A stretch of DNA of 63,184 nucleotides, filler included. It is 5 parts of 5 records of this genome, joined end to end, with 100 filler letters (N's around TTAATTAATTAA, not from the genome) between each part and the next. Parts side by side here need not be neighbours in the genome. Positions count along the whole stretch, not along the records: positions 37,677 to 57,806 come from DRR723986_14241; positions 57,907 to 63,184 come from DRR723986_14262; 3 more parts are not named here. One strand, written 5' to 3'. The translations under genes and the position numbers were made by a program. Positions 55,410 through 63,184 of the stretch are shown here, one piece after another (within the stretch, counting starts at the first letter, position 1; each line of letters begins with the position of its first letter). The notes under the pieces are model-generated. The model was not told the origin of the DNA and made no database searches. It was given only the letters and a program-made list of their open reading frames with translations.

Positions 55410-55425
55410 TGGCACGAACACCGCA
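55410..55425 (+). promoter_or_regulatory. Possible sigma54 promoter
   Basis: TGGCACGAACACCGCA: perfect -24 box, GG-N10-GC spacing, weak -12 box. Confidence 0.4.
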
Positions 55426-55524
55426 GGATCGGGCGCCTGTACAATAGAAGTGCGTTCCGTTGCCCGTTAGGACTCTTCCAACGTCGCAAACTTACCTGAA
55501 ACCACGCAGAACGGGAGTCTCGCG

Positions 55525-56562
55525 GTGGTAGCTACAAGACTACATCTTGCGTACGCGATCCTACTGAGCACAGCCGCGTTCGGACAGGCCTCTGAAACGC
55601 TCAGAATGCAGCCTGTTGTTTTCAAACCCGAATTGGATTTTCGCCTTAGTGCCCGTTGCCACCTAGGCGTGCGCCATGCAGGCGAATGTGTCGCGATCGA
55701 AATTCCACTAGCAAACGAGACAGACGAAAAGATCAAGCTAGCGCTCAAGCCCGGAAGGTTCACCACGGCGCTGGAACAGTCCACCTTGGTCATCGCACCC
55801 AAGGGCAAGCGGTCATTGAAAGTTAAGTTCACCGTTCCCGAACAGAATAATGGCAGCAAGCTATCCGAGACGCACCCTCTTGTAATCAGCACAGACAATC
55901 GCTCGCTTGTTGTATCATGCGTCTTCACGTACCAAAACTACCTGCAGTTCTCGAAGCCGCAGTTCCTGATCGAGGCTGACACAGATATGCCGTCAGACTG
56001 GCTTCATCGCTGGTCAATGCCACTCTCGTTCTCCGAGCCATTCGAGCTCGATAATTTGAAGCTTACCTCCTCCAAATCGCTTGAACGAGTTTCGGCTCGC
56101 CTGCAACCAGCTGGTGGCGGTGCAATCGTTCAATTGAGTTTCAAAAGCACTGATGTTCCTCTTTTGGGGATTAATGGCGAACTGACAGTTCAAGACCTGG
56201 CGTCCAAACGCACAACCAACTGTTTTGTAGAAATCAAACGTGGAGATGGCTGGGAATTCTATCCTCGAGGGTTGGTACTGGTTTGGGACGAGAGCCAAGA
56301 AGCTTACCGTGGGACTGGTGTACTTAGCATCAAAGCGAAGAGCGAATCGGATACCGATCGAACAGAAGTCAGCGTGGAGGCCCCGGCAGACCTTCGCGTC
56401 ACTGCTGAGAACACTCCGATGCACGAAACTGGCAATATCCAGCGTGTTTGGATAACTGCTACGCCGGAAATGTTGCCGCCAGCCAGGGCGTTTGTAAATC
56501 TGGTCTTTAAAGTTGGAGAGCAAGAATGCGTGTACCGATGTCCGCTTGTGTTCATCAAATAG
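55525..56562 (+). CDS. Exported hypothetical protein with DUF1573-like Ig fold
   Basis: Signal peptide; LG....GE......PLANET...IAPKGKRSLKVKF. Confidence 0.65.
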   Translation: MVATRLHLAYAILLSTAAFGQASETLRMQPVVFKPELDFRLSARCHLGVRHAGECVAIEIPLANETDEKIKLALKPGRFTTALEQSTLVIAPKGKRSLKVKFTVPEQNNGSKLSETHPLVISTDNRSLVVSCVFTYQNYLQFSKPQFLIEADTDMPSDWLHRWSMPLSFSEPFELDNLKLTSSKSLERVSARLQPAGGGAIVQLSFKSTDVPLLGINGELTVQDLASKRTTNCFVEIKRGDGWEFYPRGLVLVWDESQEAYRGTGVLSIKAKSESDTDRTEVSVEAPADLRVTAENTPMHETGNIQRVWITATPEMLPPARAFVNLVFKVGEQECVYRCPLVFIK

Positions 56563-56591
56563 GCTCGAAATTGGAAGCCTGTGCCTCGGTC

Positions 56592-57557
56592 ATGCTTCTA
56601 AACAAACCACAACTGCTTGGGTGGAGGATTGCTGCCACTCTAACGGTTGCCTGGGCTATCGTGATGGGCGAAGGGTCACAAGTGGTCTTTGGTCAAGTCT
56701 CAGCGCGTCGGTGCGCCTCGATGCTAAATGCAACACGCAAGTCATTTGACGCTGTCAGGCAACTCGATGTTCTCATCACCATTGACGGAAGTCAGACCGG
56801 CGAAGGGTTCTCACGAAATCAACGAGCCGCCTACCGCATCGCATGGGACCGCGACAAGCAGAAACTTTCGGCTATCCAGTTTCAGGAATTCCAGGGTACC
56901 GATAGCCGTATTCTGAAGAGCGCATTTGTACTGGCTGACGGCGTATGCCATTCCACCGATTTCGAATCCCCAAGTGCCGAGATCCGGGGACTCGATGCAG
57001 AACGCTTGCTAAAAGACAACTCCATCGTAAACCCGTTTCTAGCTGGCACGCCGTCTGCCGGCGCTTCATCTTTTCATGAAGTCAACGTCGATAGGATATG
57101 GCAGGACCTGACTAGTCAAATTGCGACTCAGGGACGCGTTCAGATCGAGAATTCGAAGATCGTGGCCAAGCTGTCTAGAACCGATGGACAACTTACATTC
57201 ACAACTAGCTATCAGTTTGACGCTCTGACTTCATTGCCACTACGGATTACAACTGTCCAGCTAAACGGCGAGCTTCCTGAAGAATCGGAGGTGACAACGG
57301 ACCAGCTTGTGGAGTGGTGTGAACCGAGTCCCGGAATCTATCTTCCAGAGGCGTTTCGAATAGAACAGGGGCGACAGTTAGTCCAAACCGCGTCCGGGAA
57401 AAACATCCAGATCTCGGGCAGCACCAATTACGACGTGAATTGGCTAAGCGTCAATCACGATCCACCCCCCAACATGTGGAAGAAGTCCGACGTACTGAAC
57501 TACGAACGCGCGAAACAACTCTGCAGGTTCAAGTCTTCCATCCGCGGGAACCGGTAG
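56592..57557 (+). CDS. Exported hypothetical protein
   Basis: Long ORF with N-terminal hydrophobic segment, beta-rich; start uncertain (56526 or 56592). Confidence 0.6.
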   Translation: MLLNKPQLLGWRIAATLTVAWAIVMGEGSQVVFGQVSARRCASMLNATRKSFDAVRQLDVLITIDGSQTGEGFSRNQRAAYRIAWDRDKQKLSAIQFQEFQGTDSRILKSAFVLADGVCHSTDFESPSAEIRGLDAERLLKDNSIVNPFLAGTPSAGASSFHEVNVDRIWQDLTSQIATQGRVQIENSKIVAKLSRTDGQLTFTTSYQFDALTSLPLRITTVQLNGELPEESEVTTDQLVEWCEPSPGIYLPEAFRIEQGRQLVQTASGKNIQISGSTNYDVNWLSVNHDPPPNMWKKSDVLNYERAKQLCRFKSSIRGNR

Positions 57558-57782
57558 CGAGCGGCTCCGGCTATCATTGCGCATAGCTGCTGCTAAGACT
57601 GCCATTCTTCTCCCCCTACAGTAGTCAACAGGCTTCGCGCGCAAGCTCAACGCTTCAAAGAAGCGAGATGACCAGTAATCGCTTCTGTTTGGCTGGCCCG
57701 CTCCAATGGGCGGTTCGCCCGCAGCGCCGTCAACGCCGCGCCTTCCGCGCGGTCACAGTGACGAATGGTATAGTGATGGCGA

Positions 57783-57806
57783 ACGGCACACGGAGTGTGC
57801 CTGCTA
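57783..57806. repeat. REP-like palindromic repeat at contig end (planctomycete type)
   Basis: GGCACAC-GGA-GTGTGCC-TGCTA hairpin immediately at the assembly break. Confidence 0.65.
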
Positions 57807-57906
57807 NNNNNNNNNNNNNNNNNNNNNNNNNNNNNNNNNNNNNNNNNNNNTTAATTAATTAANNNNNNNNNNNNNNNNNNNNNNNNNNNNNNNNNNNNNN
57901 NNNNNN
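57807..57906. other. Artificial contig linker
   Basis: N44-TTAATTAATTAA-N44. Confidence 0.98.
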
Positions 57907-57910
57907 CTCT

Positions 57911-57933
57911 GGGGTCCGGGGCAAAGCCCCGGG
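57911..57933. repeat. GC-rich REP-like hairpin at contig start
   Basis: CCGGGGC-AAA-GCCCCGG. Confidence 0.55.
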
Positions 57934-57958
57934 TGTTTGCCTCGCACATGGGGCGGAA

Positions 57959-58771
57959 TTAGGGGGCGCTGGTTTGCAACAAACCGCCATCGCGCACCGG
58001 AACAATGCGGGTGGCGCGGCCCGTGCGGTCGTCCGTTTCGATATAGACGCCCGAAAGTGTGGCCTCGCCATTGGCCGGGGTAAACCGTTCCTTGGGCATG
58101 CCGGTGATAAACCGGCGCATGGGTTCGGTTTTTTCCATGCCGATCACCGAATGATAATCGCCGCACATGCCGGCATCGGTCAAATAGGCCGTGCCGCGCG
58201 GCAGGATCATTGCGTCCGCCGTCGGCACATGGGTGTGGGTGCCCACAACCAGCGAGGCGCGGCCGTCGCACCAATGCCCCATGGCCATTTTTTCTGAGGT
58301 TGCCTCGCAGTGCATATCGACAATGATCGCCGAGGCCAGACCGCCCAGCGGATGGGTTTTCAACACCGTATCCAGCGCCGAAAACGGGTCATCAAAGGGC
58401 CGTTTCATAAACACCTGACCCAGCGCTTGGGTGACCAGCACTTTGCGCCCGTTCTTGGAGGTAAACAGCCGTGCGCCCTTGCCCGGTGCGGATTTGGAGA
58501 AGTTCAGCGGCCGGATAATGCGCGGCTCCTGTTCGATAAAGGACAGCATGTCCTTTTGGTCAAACGCATGATCCCCCAGCGTCAGGCAATCCGCCCCCGC
58601 ATCCAGCAGCAGTTTGGCATGTGCGCCCGAAAGCCCCATGCCGCCGGTTGCGTTTTCGCCGTTGACCACGATGAAGTCGAGCTTCCAATCGTCGCGCAAG
58701 CGGCCGAGATTTTCCGTGATAGCGCGGCGCCCCGCGCGGCCCATCACATCGCCAAGAAACAGTATTTTCAT
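57959..58771 (-). CDS. YmdB/TIGR00282 family metallophosphoesterase
   Basis: MKILFLGDVMG, VNGENA, DMHCEATSEK, GTHTHVPTAD. Confidence 0.93.
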   Translation of the reverse strand: MKILFLGDVMGRAGRRAITENLGRLRDDWKLDFIVVNGENATGGMGLSGAHAKLLLDAGADCLTLGDHAFDQKDMLSFIEQEPRIIRPLNFSKSAPGKGARLFTSKNGRKVLVTQALGQVFMKRPFDDPFSALDTVLKTHPLGGLASAIIVDMHCEATSEKMAMGHWCDGRASLVVGTHTHVPTADAMILPRGTAYLTDAGMCGDYHSVIGMEKTEPMRRFITGMPKERFTPANGEATLSGVYIETDDRTGRATRIVPVRDGGLLQTSAP

Positions 58772-58824
58772 GGATCCAACGGGTACGCCGACACGGTCCG
58801 AACAGCAAGTCAAACCTGCGGGGG

Positions 58825-59394
58825 CTAGCCGCCGCGCGGGATATCAATGACGCCCTGTTCGGTCACGATCAGATCCAGCGGCTGATCTGTCGGCTCCAGC
58901 GGGACATCGGCGTGTTCCTGTCCGGCAAAGGCAAAGCCGATGGCCATGGTGGGCCGTTTGGCACGCAGCATCTCAAGCGTGCGGTCATAAAAGCCGCCCC
59001 CATACCCCAGCCGCCCGCCGTCCCGGTTGAACGCCAAAAGCGGCACGATCAGGATCTCTGGTTCAAAGAACACCGGATCGGCAGGGATCATCGCGCCAAA
59101 GGCGCCGCTGACCATTTGTGTGTCCGGTGTCCATTGCGCGAACTTGAGCGGCGTGGCCGCCGCCTCAATCACCGGAACTCCAACGGGGCCATGGGCGCAG
59201 GCTTCGGCCATGGCGGGGGTCGGGTCAATTTCGGTACGGATCGGCATGAAGCCGGACAAAGGCACCCCGCGATAACCTGCAAGCACCTCGCTCAGATAGC
59301 CCGCTTGCGCGGCATTTGCATTGTCAAACAGGGGCTTGCGCCGTGCAAAGGCCGCCTTTCGGGCTGCGTCTTTGATCGCTGCGAGATCGGTCAT
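58825..59394 (-). CDS. 5-formyltetrahydrofolate cyclo-ligase
   Basis: VPLLAFNRDGGRLGYGGGFYDRTL, DQPLDLIVTE. Confidence 0.94.
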   Translation of the reverse strand: MTDLAAIKDAARKAAFARRKPLFDNANAAQAGYLSEVLAGYRGVPLSGFMPIRTEIDPTPAMAEACAHGPVGVPVIEAAATPLKFAQWTPDTQMVSGAFGAMIPADPVFFEPEILIVPLLAFNRDGGRLGYGGGFYDRTLEMLRAKRPTMAIGFAFAGQEHADVPLEPTDQPLDLIVTEQGVIDIPRGG

Positions 59395-60794
59395 AGCAGC
59401 ACCGCCGCCGCGAGGCCGAGAAACGCGAAGAAGCCGACAACATCTGTCACCGTGGTCACGAAAGCCCCCGAAGCCAGCGCCGGGTCAACGCCAACGCGTT
59501 CCAGCAGGATCGGGATGCCAGTGCCCGCCAGTCCGGCCACCACCATATTGATCACCATCGCCACCGCGATCACATAGCCCAGCGCAGGCGAGCCGAACCA
59601 GATGATGCCCACGACGCCCATCACCAAGGCAAAAATCACCCCGTTCACCAGCCCCACCAGACATTCGCGGCGGATCACCCGCCAGACGTTGGAGCCGGTC
59701 AAATCCTTGGTGGCGATGGCCCGCACCGCCACTGTCAGGCTTTGGGTGCCAGCATTCCCGCCCATGGAGGCCACGATGGGCATCAGCACCGCCAGCGCCA
59801 CGATCTGCGCAATGGCCACCTCGAACTGGGAAATCACCATAGAGGCCGCAATGGCCGTCACCAGGTTCACCGCCAGCCACGGCAGGCGCTGTTTGGTGGT
59901 CTCGACCACGCGGTCGGACAGCGACCCCTCGCCCACGCCGGCCAGACGCAGGATGTCTTCCTCGTGTTCTTCATCCAGCACCGCCATGGCATCATCAATG
60001 GTAATCACGCCAATCAGCCGCCCCTCATCATCCACCACGGGGGCCGAGATCAGGTGATACTGGTTAAACGCATAGGCCACGTCGCCCTCATCGCGCATCG
60101 CGGGAATGATCTGAAAGGTCTCTTCGAGGATATCGCGCAGAGGCGTCGCGCGTTTGGAGCGCATGAGCTTGCCCAGCGTCACATTGCCAACAGGGTGCAA
60201 ACGCGGATCGACCATCACGATGTGATAGAACTGGTCCGGCAGATCCTCTTCGGCGGTGCCTCGCAAATGGTCAATCGCCTGCCCCACAGTCCAGTGTTCG
60301 GGGGCCATCACCACCTCGCGCTGCATCAGGCGGCCGGCGGAATACTCCGGCCAGTTCAGCGCCTGTTCCACCGCGACCCTGTCGGCGTCTTCGAGCACCT
60401 CAAGGATTGCCTCTTGCTGGTCGTCCTCCAGATCTTCGATCAGGTCGACAACATCATCGCTGTCCATATCCCGCACGGCCTGGCTCAGCACTTGCGGGGT
60501 CAGAACGGCGATCACTTCTTCGCGGATAGATTCGTCCAGTTCCGACAGAATTTCGCCGTCAAATTCGCGGTCATAAAGCCGGACAAGGCGGCTCCGGTCG
60601 AAGGCGTTGATCTGTTCAAGAAGGTCAGCAATATCCGCCGCATGCAGCGGATCCATCAATTCGGTCAGCTTTTCACGGTCGTCGATATCCACCGCATAGA
60701 GGACGGAAGCAACGGTCTTTGGCTCAAGCTGATAGGCCTGACGTTCCGTATCCTCGTCGGGGGTCTGCTCCCGTTCTTCGATCTGTTCCGACAT
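59391..60794 (-). CDS. mgtE: Magnesium transporter MgtE
   Basis: MgtE-N domain, SAGRLM CBS pair, RLPWL, GGNAGTQ, DPALASG.FVTTVTD. Confidence 0.95.
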   Translation of the reverse strand: MSEQIEEREQTPDEDTERQAYQLEPKTVASVLYAVDIDDREKLTELMDPLHAADIADLLEQINAFDRSRLVRLYDREFDGEILSELDESIREEVIAVLTPQVLSQAVRDMDSDDVVDLIEDLEDDQQEAILEVLEDADRVAVEQALNWPEYSAGRLMQREVVMAPEHWTVGQAIDHLRGTAEEDLPDQFYHIVMVDPRLHPVGNVTLGKLMRSKRATPLRDILEETFQIIPAMRDEGDVAYAFNQYHLISAPVVDDEGRLIGVITIDDAMAVLDEEHEEDILRLAGVGEGSLSDRVVETTKQRLPWLAVNLVTAIAASMVISQFEVAIAQIVALAVLMPIVASMGGNAGTQSLTVAVRAIATKDLTGSNVWRVIRRECLVGLVNGVIFALVMGVVGIIWFGSPALGYVIAVAMVINMVVAGLAGTGIPILLERVGVDPALASGAFVTTVTDVVGFFAFLGLAAAVLL

Positions 60795-60905
60795 GGCGTG
60801 ACCCTCCGTTTGCGGGCGACCATAGGCAAGCGTTTGGGCGGTTTCAATGCCACTTGAGACGGCTTTGCGATTGTCCCCGACCTCTGCCCGGCTTAGGGTT
60901 GGATC

Positions 60906-62201
60906 ATGACACATCAGACCCTCATTCTTGGCCCCGTTCTGCGCTATGCAGGTGATCCGTTGCGCGGCCCCTGGCAGGATGCCGTAAGCGTTGACAGTGC
61001 GGGCGGCGTGTTGATCGAGGACGGCCAGATCATTGAGGTCGGCACGGGTGCGGATCTGAAAAAGGCGCATCCGCAGGCGGATCTGCACCGCTATGGCGCC
61101 GACCACCTGATTGCGCCGGGGTTTGTTGATGCGCATGTGCATTACCCGCAGACCGCGATCATCGCGTCATGGGGCAAGCGGTTGATTGATTGGTTGAATT
61201 CCTACACGTTTCCTGAGGAAATGCGCCTGTCTGATCCTGACTATGCCAATGAGATCGCCGGGCGTTATCTGGATTTGACGCTGGCCCATGGCACCACCAC
61301 GGCGGCGTCCTATTGCACCATTCACCCCCATTCGGCGGATGCATTGTTTGAGGCGGCGGCCGCGCGCGGGCAACGGATTGTTGCGGGCAAGACATGTATG
61401 GACCGCAACGCGCCCGAAGGGCTGCGCGATACGGCGCAATCGGCTTATGATGACAGCAAGGCCTTGATTGAAAAATGGCATGGCAAGGGCCGCGCCAGCT
61501 ATGCCATCACCCCGCGGTTTTCGCCCACATCTACGGCAGATCAACTGGCCGCGTTGGGGGCATTGTGGGCGGAGCATCCCGATTGCCTGATGCAGACCCA
61601 CCTGAGCGAGCAGACCGATGAGATCGCCTGGGTGAAAGAGCTGTTTCCGCAGGCCCGCGATTACCTTGACACCTATGAGGCGCATGGATTGCTGGGTGAA
61701 CGCGGCCTTTACGGTCATGCGATCCATCTGGAGCCGCGGGAGATTGACCGCCTAAAAGATTGCGGCGCAGCGCTGGTCCATTGCCCTACGTCAAACACAT
61801 TCATCGGCTCGGGCTTGTTTGACATGGCCGGATTGACGGCGCGCGGCATTCCGGTTGGTCTGGCCACGGACACGGGCGGCGGATCGTCCTTTTCGATGTT
61901 GCGCACCATGGCGGCAGCTTATGAAGTCGGTCAGTTGCGCGGAACCCCACTGCATGCGGCACAGCTGATTTGGCTGGCCACAGCAGGATCAGCGCGAAGC
62001 CTGCATCTTGGCGACAAAATCGGCAGCCTAAGCACAGGAATGGAGGCGGATCTGACGGTTCTCAACCTCAGCTCAACCGCCGCAATCGCGCAGCGGGCCG
62101 ATCAAGCCAGCGACATCTGGGAAAGCCTGTTTGCCACCATCATGATGGGCGATGATCGTGCCATCGCGGATGTCTGGGTCAACGGGCAGAAACTCCTTTA
62201 A
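60906..62201 (+). CDS. guaD: Guanine deaminase
   Basis: PGFVDAHVHYPQ, LIDWLNSYTFPEE, YAITPRFSPTS, QTHLSE, HCPTSN, ATDTGGG. Confidence 0.94.
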   Translation: MTHQTLILGPVLRYAGDPLRGPWQDAVSVDSAGGVLIEDGQIIEVGTGADLKKAHPQADLHRYGADHLIAPGFVDAHVHYPQTAIIASWGKRLIDWLNSYTFPEEMRLSDPDYANEIAGRYLDLTLAHGTTTAASYCTIHPHSADALFEAAAARGQRIVAGKTCMDRNAPEGLRDTAQSAYDDSKALIEKWHGKGRASYAITPRFSPTSTADQLAALGALWAEHPDCLMQTHLSEQTDEIAWVKELFPQARDYLDTYEAHGLLGERGLYGHAIHLEPREIDRLKDCGAALVHCPTSNTFIGSGLFDMAGLTARGIPVGLATDTGGGSSFSMLRTMAAAYEVGQLRGTPLHAAQLIWLATAGSARSLHLGDKIGSLSTGMEADLTVLNLSSTAAIAQRADQASDIWESLFATIMMGDDRAIADVWVNGQKLL

Positions 62202-62211
62202 TGTCAAAGCC

Positions 62212-62631
62212 TTAGCAAGGCGCGGCCAGCACCATAACCCACAGATGCCCCGGCCCCCGCGCCACGCCGATCTCGCGCAACTCTGGCCGGATCATATTGG
62301 CAAGATGTCCGGGGCTTTCGGCCCAATCCTGCATCACCTGGTTCAGGCTGCGTTGACCCTTGGCGATGTTTTCCGCCACCAGACACCACTCATACCCTTG
62401 CGCGGTGACCCGTTGCCCGACAGTTGATCCATCGCGGCCTTCATGGGCAAAATAATTGCGCTGCGCCATGTCGATGGCATGCAGCAACGCCGCATTTTCC
62501 AAAGAAGGCGCATAAACCATTGGCGCATGTCCCTGCGCGACGCGCAGTTCATTGACCGGGCGCAACACCGCCGGATCGGCCAAGGCCGGCATCCCAAGTG
62601 CCATGGCAAGCACCAACAAAAGTGATCTCAT
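62212..62631 (-). CDS. CAP/SCP domain exported protein
   Basis: HAIDMAQRNYFAH, AENIAKGQ, WAESPGH.ANM. Confidence 0.9.
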   Translation of the reverse strand: MRSLLLVLAMALGMPALADPAVLRPVNELRVAQGHAPMVYAPSLENAALLHAIDMAQRNYFAHEGRDGSTVGQRVTAQGYEWCLVAENIAKGQRSLNQVMQDWAESPGHLANMIRPELREIGVARGPGHLWVMVLAAPC

Positions 62632-63184
62632 ACGGCCTCCGCCAATTCACGTGCCATTTGGTTCTGACGTGAAATGGTTGCCTCAAGGTTAATCGTTTGC
62701 ACATGCCCGTCCCGCACAATCTGGCGGCCTTCGACAAAAAGGTCACGCACCGTGGTCGGCCCCGCCAGCAAAAGCGCCGCCGGATCCCAACTGCCCGCGC
62801 TGGCCAAGCCCTGCACATCCCAGACCGCGATATCGGCGCGTTTGCCAACCTCCAGCCGCCCGCAGTCGGGCCGCCCCAGAATATCCGCGCCGCCGCGCGT
62901 GGCAATCTCAAGCGCCTCGCGGGCGCTCATGGCATCGGCCCCCTGCGCCACCCGTTGCAGCAGCATCGCCATCCGCGCCTCTGCCACCAGATTGCCCGCA
63001 TCGTTGCTGGCCGATCCATCCACGCCCAAGCCAACCGGCACCCCCGCATCGCGCAGCGCCCGCACCGGCGCGATGCCGGATCCGAGGCGGCAATTGGAGC
63101 AGGGGCAATGGGCGATCCCCGTGCCTGTCTGCGCAAAAAGCGCAATTTCAGCGGCGTCCAGCTTCACGCAATGGGCGTGCCAGA
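62628..63184 (-). CDS. 8-oxoguanine deaminase-like amidohydrolase, 5'-truncated
   Basis: WHAHCV, AHCPCSNCRLGSG, GLGVDGSASND, ATRGGA. Confidence 0.88.
   Translation of the reverse strand, partial: WHAHCVKLDAAEIALFAQTGTGIAHCPCSNCRLGSGIAPVRALRDAGVPVGLGVDGSASNDAGNLVAEARMAMLLQRVAQGADAMSAREALEIATRGGADILGRPDCGRLEVGKRADIAVWDVQGLASAGSWDPAALLLAGPTTVRDLFVEGRQIVRDGHVQTINLEATISRQNQMARELAEAV

Noticed and set aside
58825-59394. 6S RNA upstream of the 5-formyl-THF cyclo-ligase gene
   Set aside because: mgtE overlaps the start codon (59391-59394), leaving no room.
60795-61142. N-terminal extension of MgtE in the ORF track
   Set aside because: It overlaps the divergent guaD; a GGAGGG RBS supports the ATG at 60794.

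Overview
The window is not one locus. It is five unrelated contigs joined by 100-nt N/TTAATTAATTAA/N linkers. (A) 1-13778: a minus-strand flagellar hook/export cluster fliI-fliJ-motE-like-fliK-flgD-TIGR02530-flgE. FliK is exceptionally long (~2,430 aa). The intergenic DNA carries a sigma54 promoter, two good sigma28 promoters, repeated GGA-loop hairpins of CsrA type and a structured element in the flgE leader. (B) 13879-30989: a Rhodobacteraceae-like catabolic island next to an IS66 remnant. It encodes an Ehu-type ABC importer, two maleate-isomerase/Asp-Glu-racemase-family proteins, M24 and M20 hydrolases, diaminopropionate ammonia-lyase, a second PLP enzyme, a BisC-type Mo enzyme, a PhyH dioxygenase, a GcvT-family oxidoreductase and Lrp and GntR regulators. 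(C) 31090-37576: a Marinobacter-like fragment. (D) 37677-57806: a planctomycete-like fragment with a Ser/Thr kinase-TAXI fusion, an atypical P-II protein and a His-rich RND metal efflux system. (E) 57907-63184: Rhodobacteraceae-like housekeeping and purine deaminase genes. The best candidates for new biology are the giant FliK with its sigma28/CsrA/RNA-element layer over the hook genes, and the ectoine-like but non-canonical catabolic island. Taxonomic labels are impressions from protein style, not database results.
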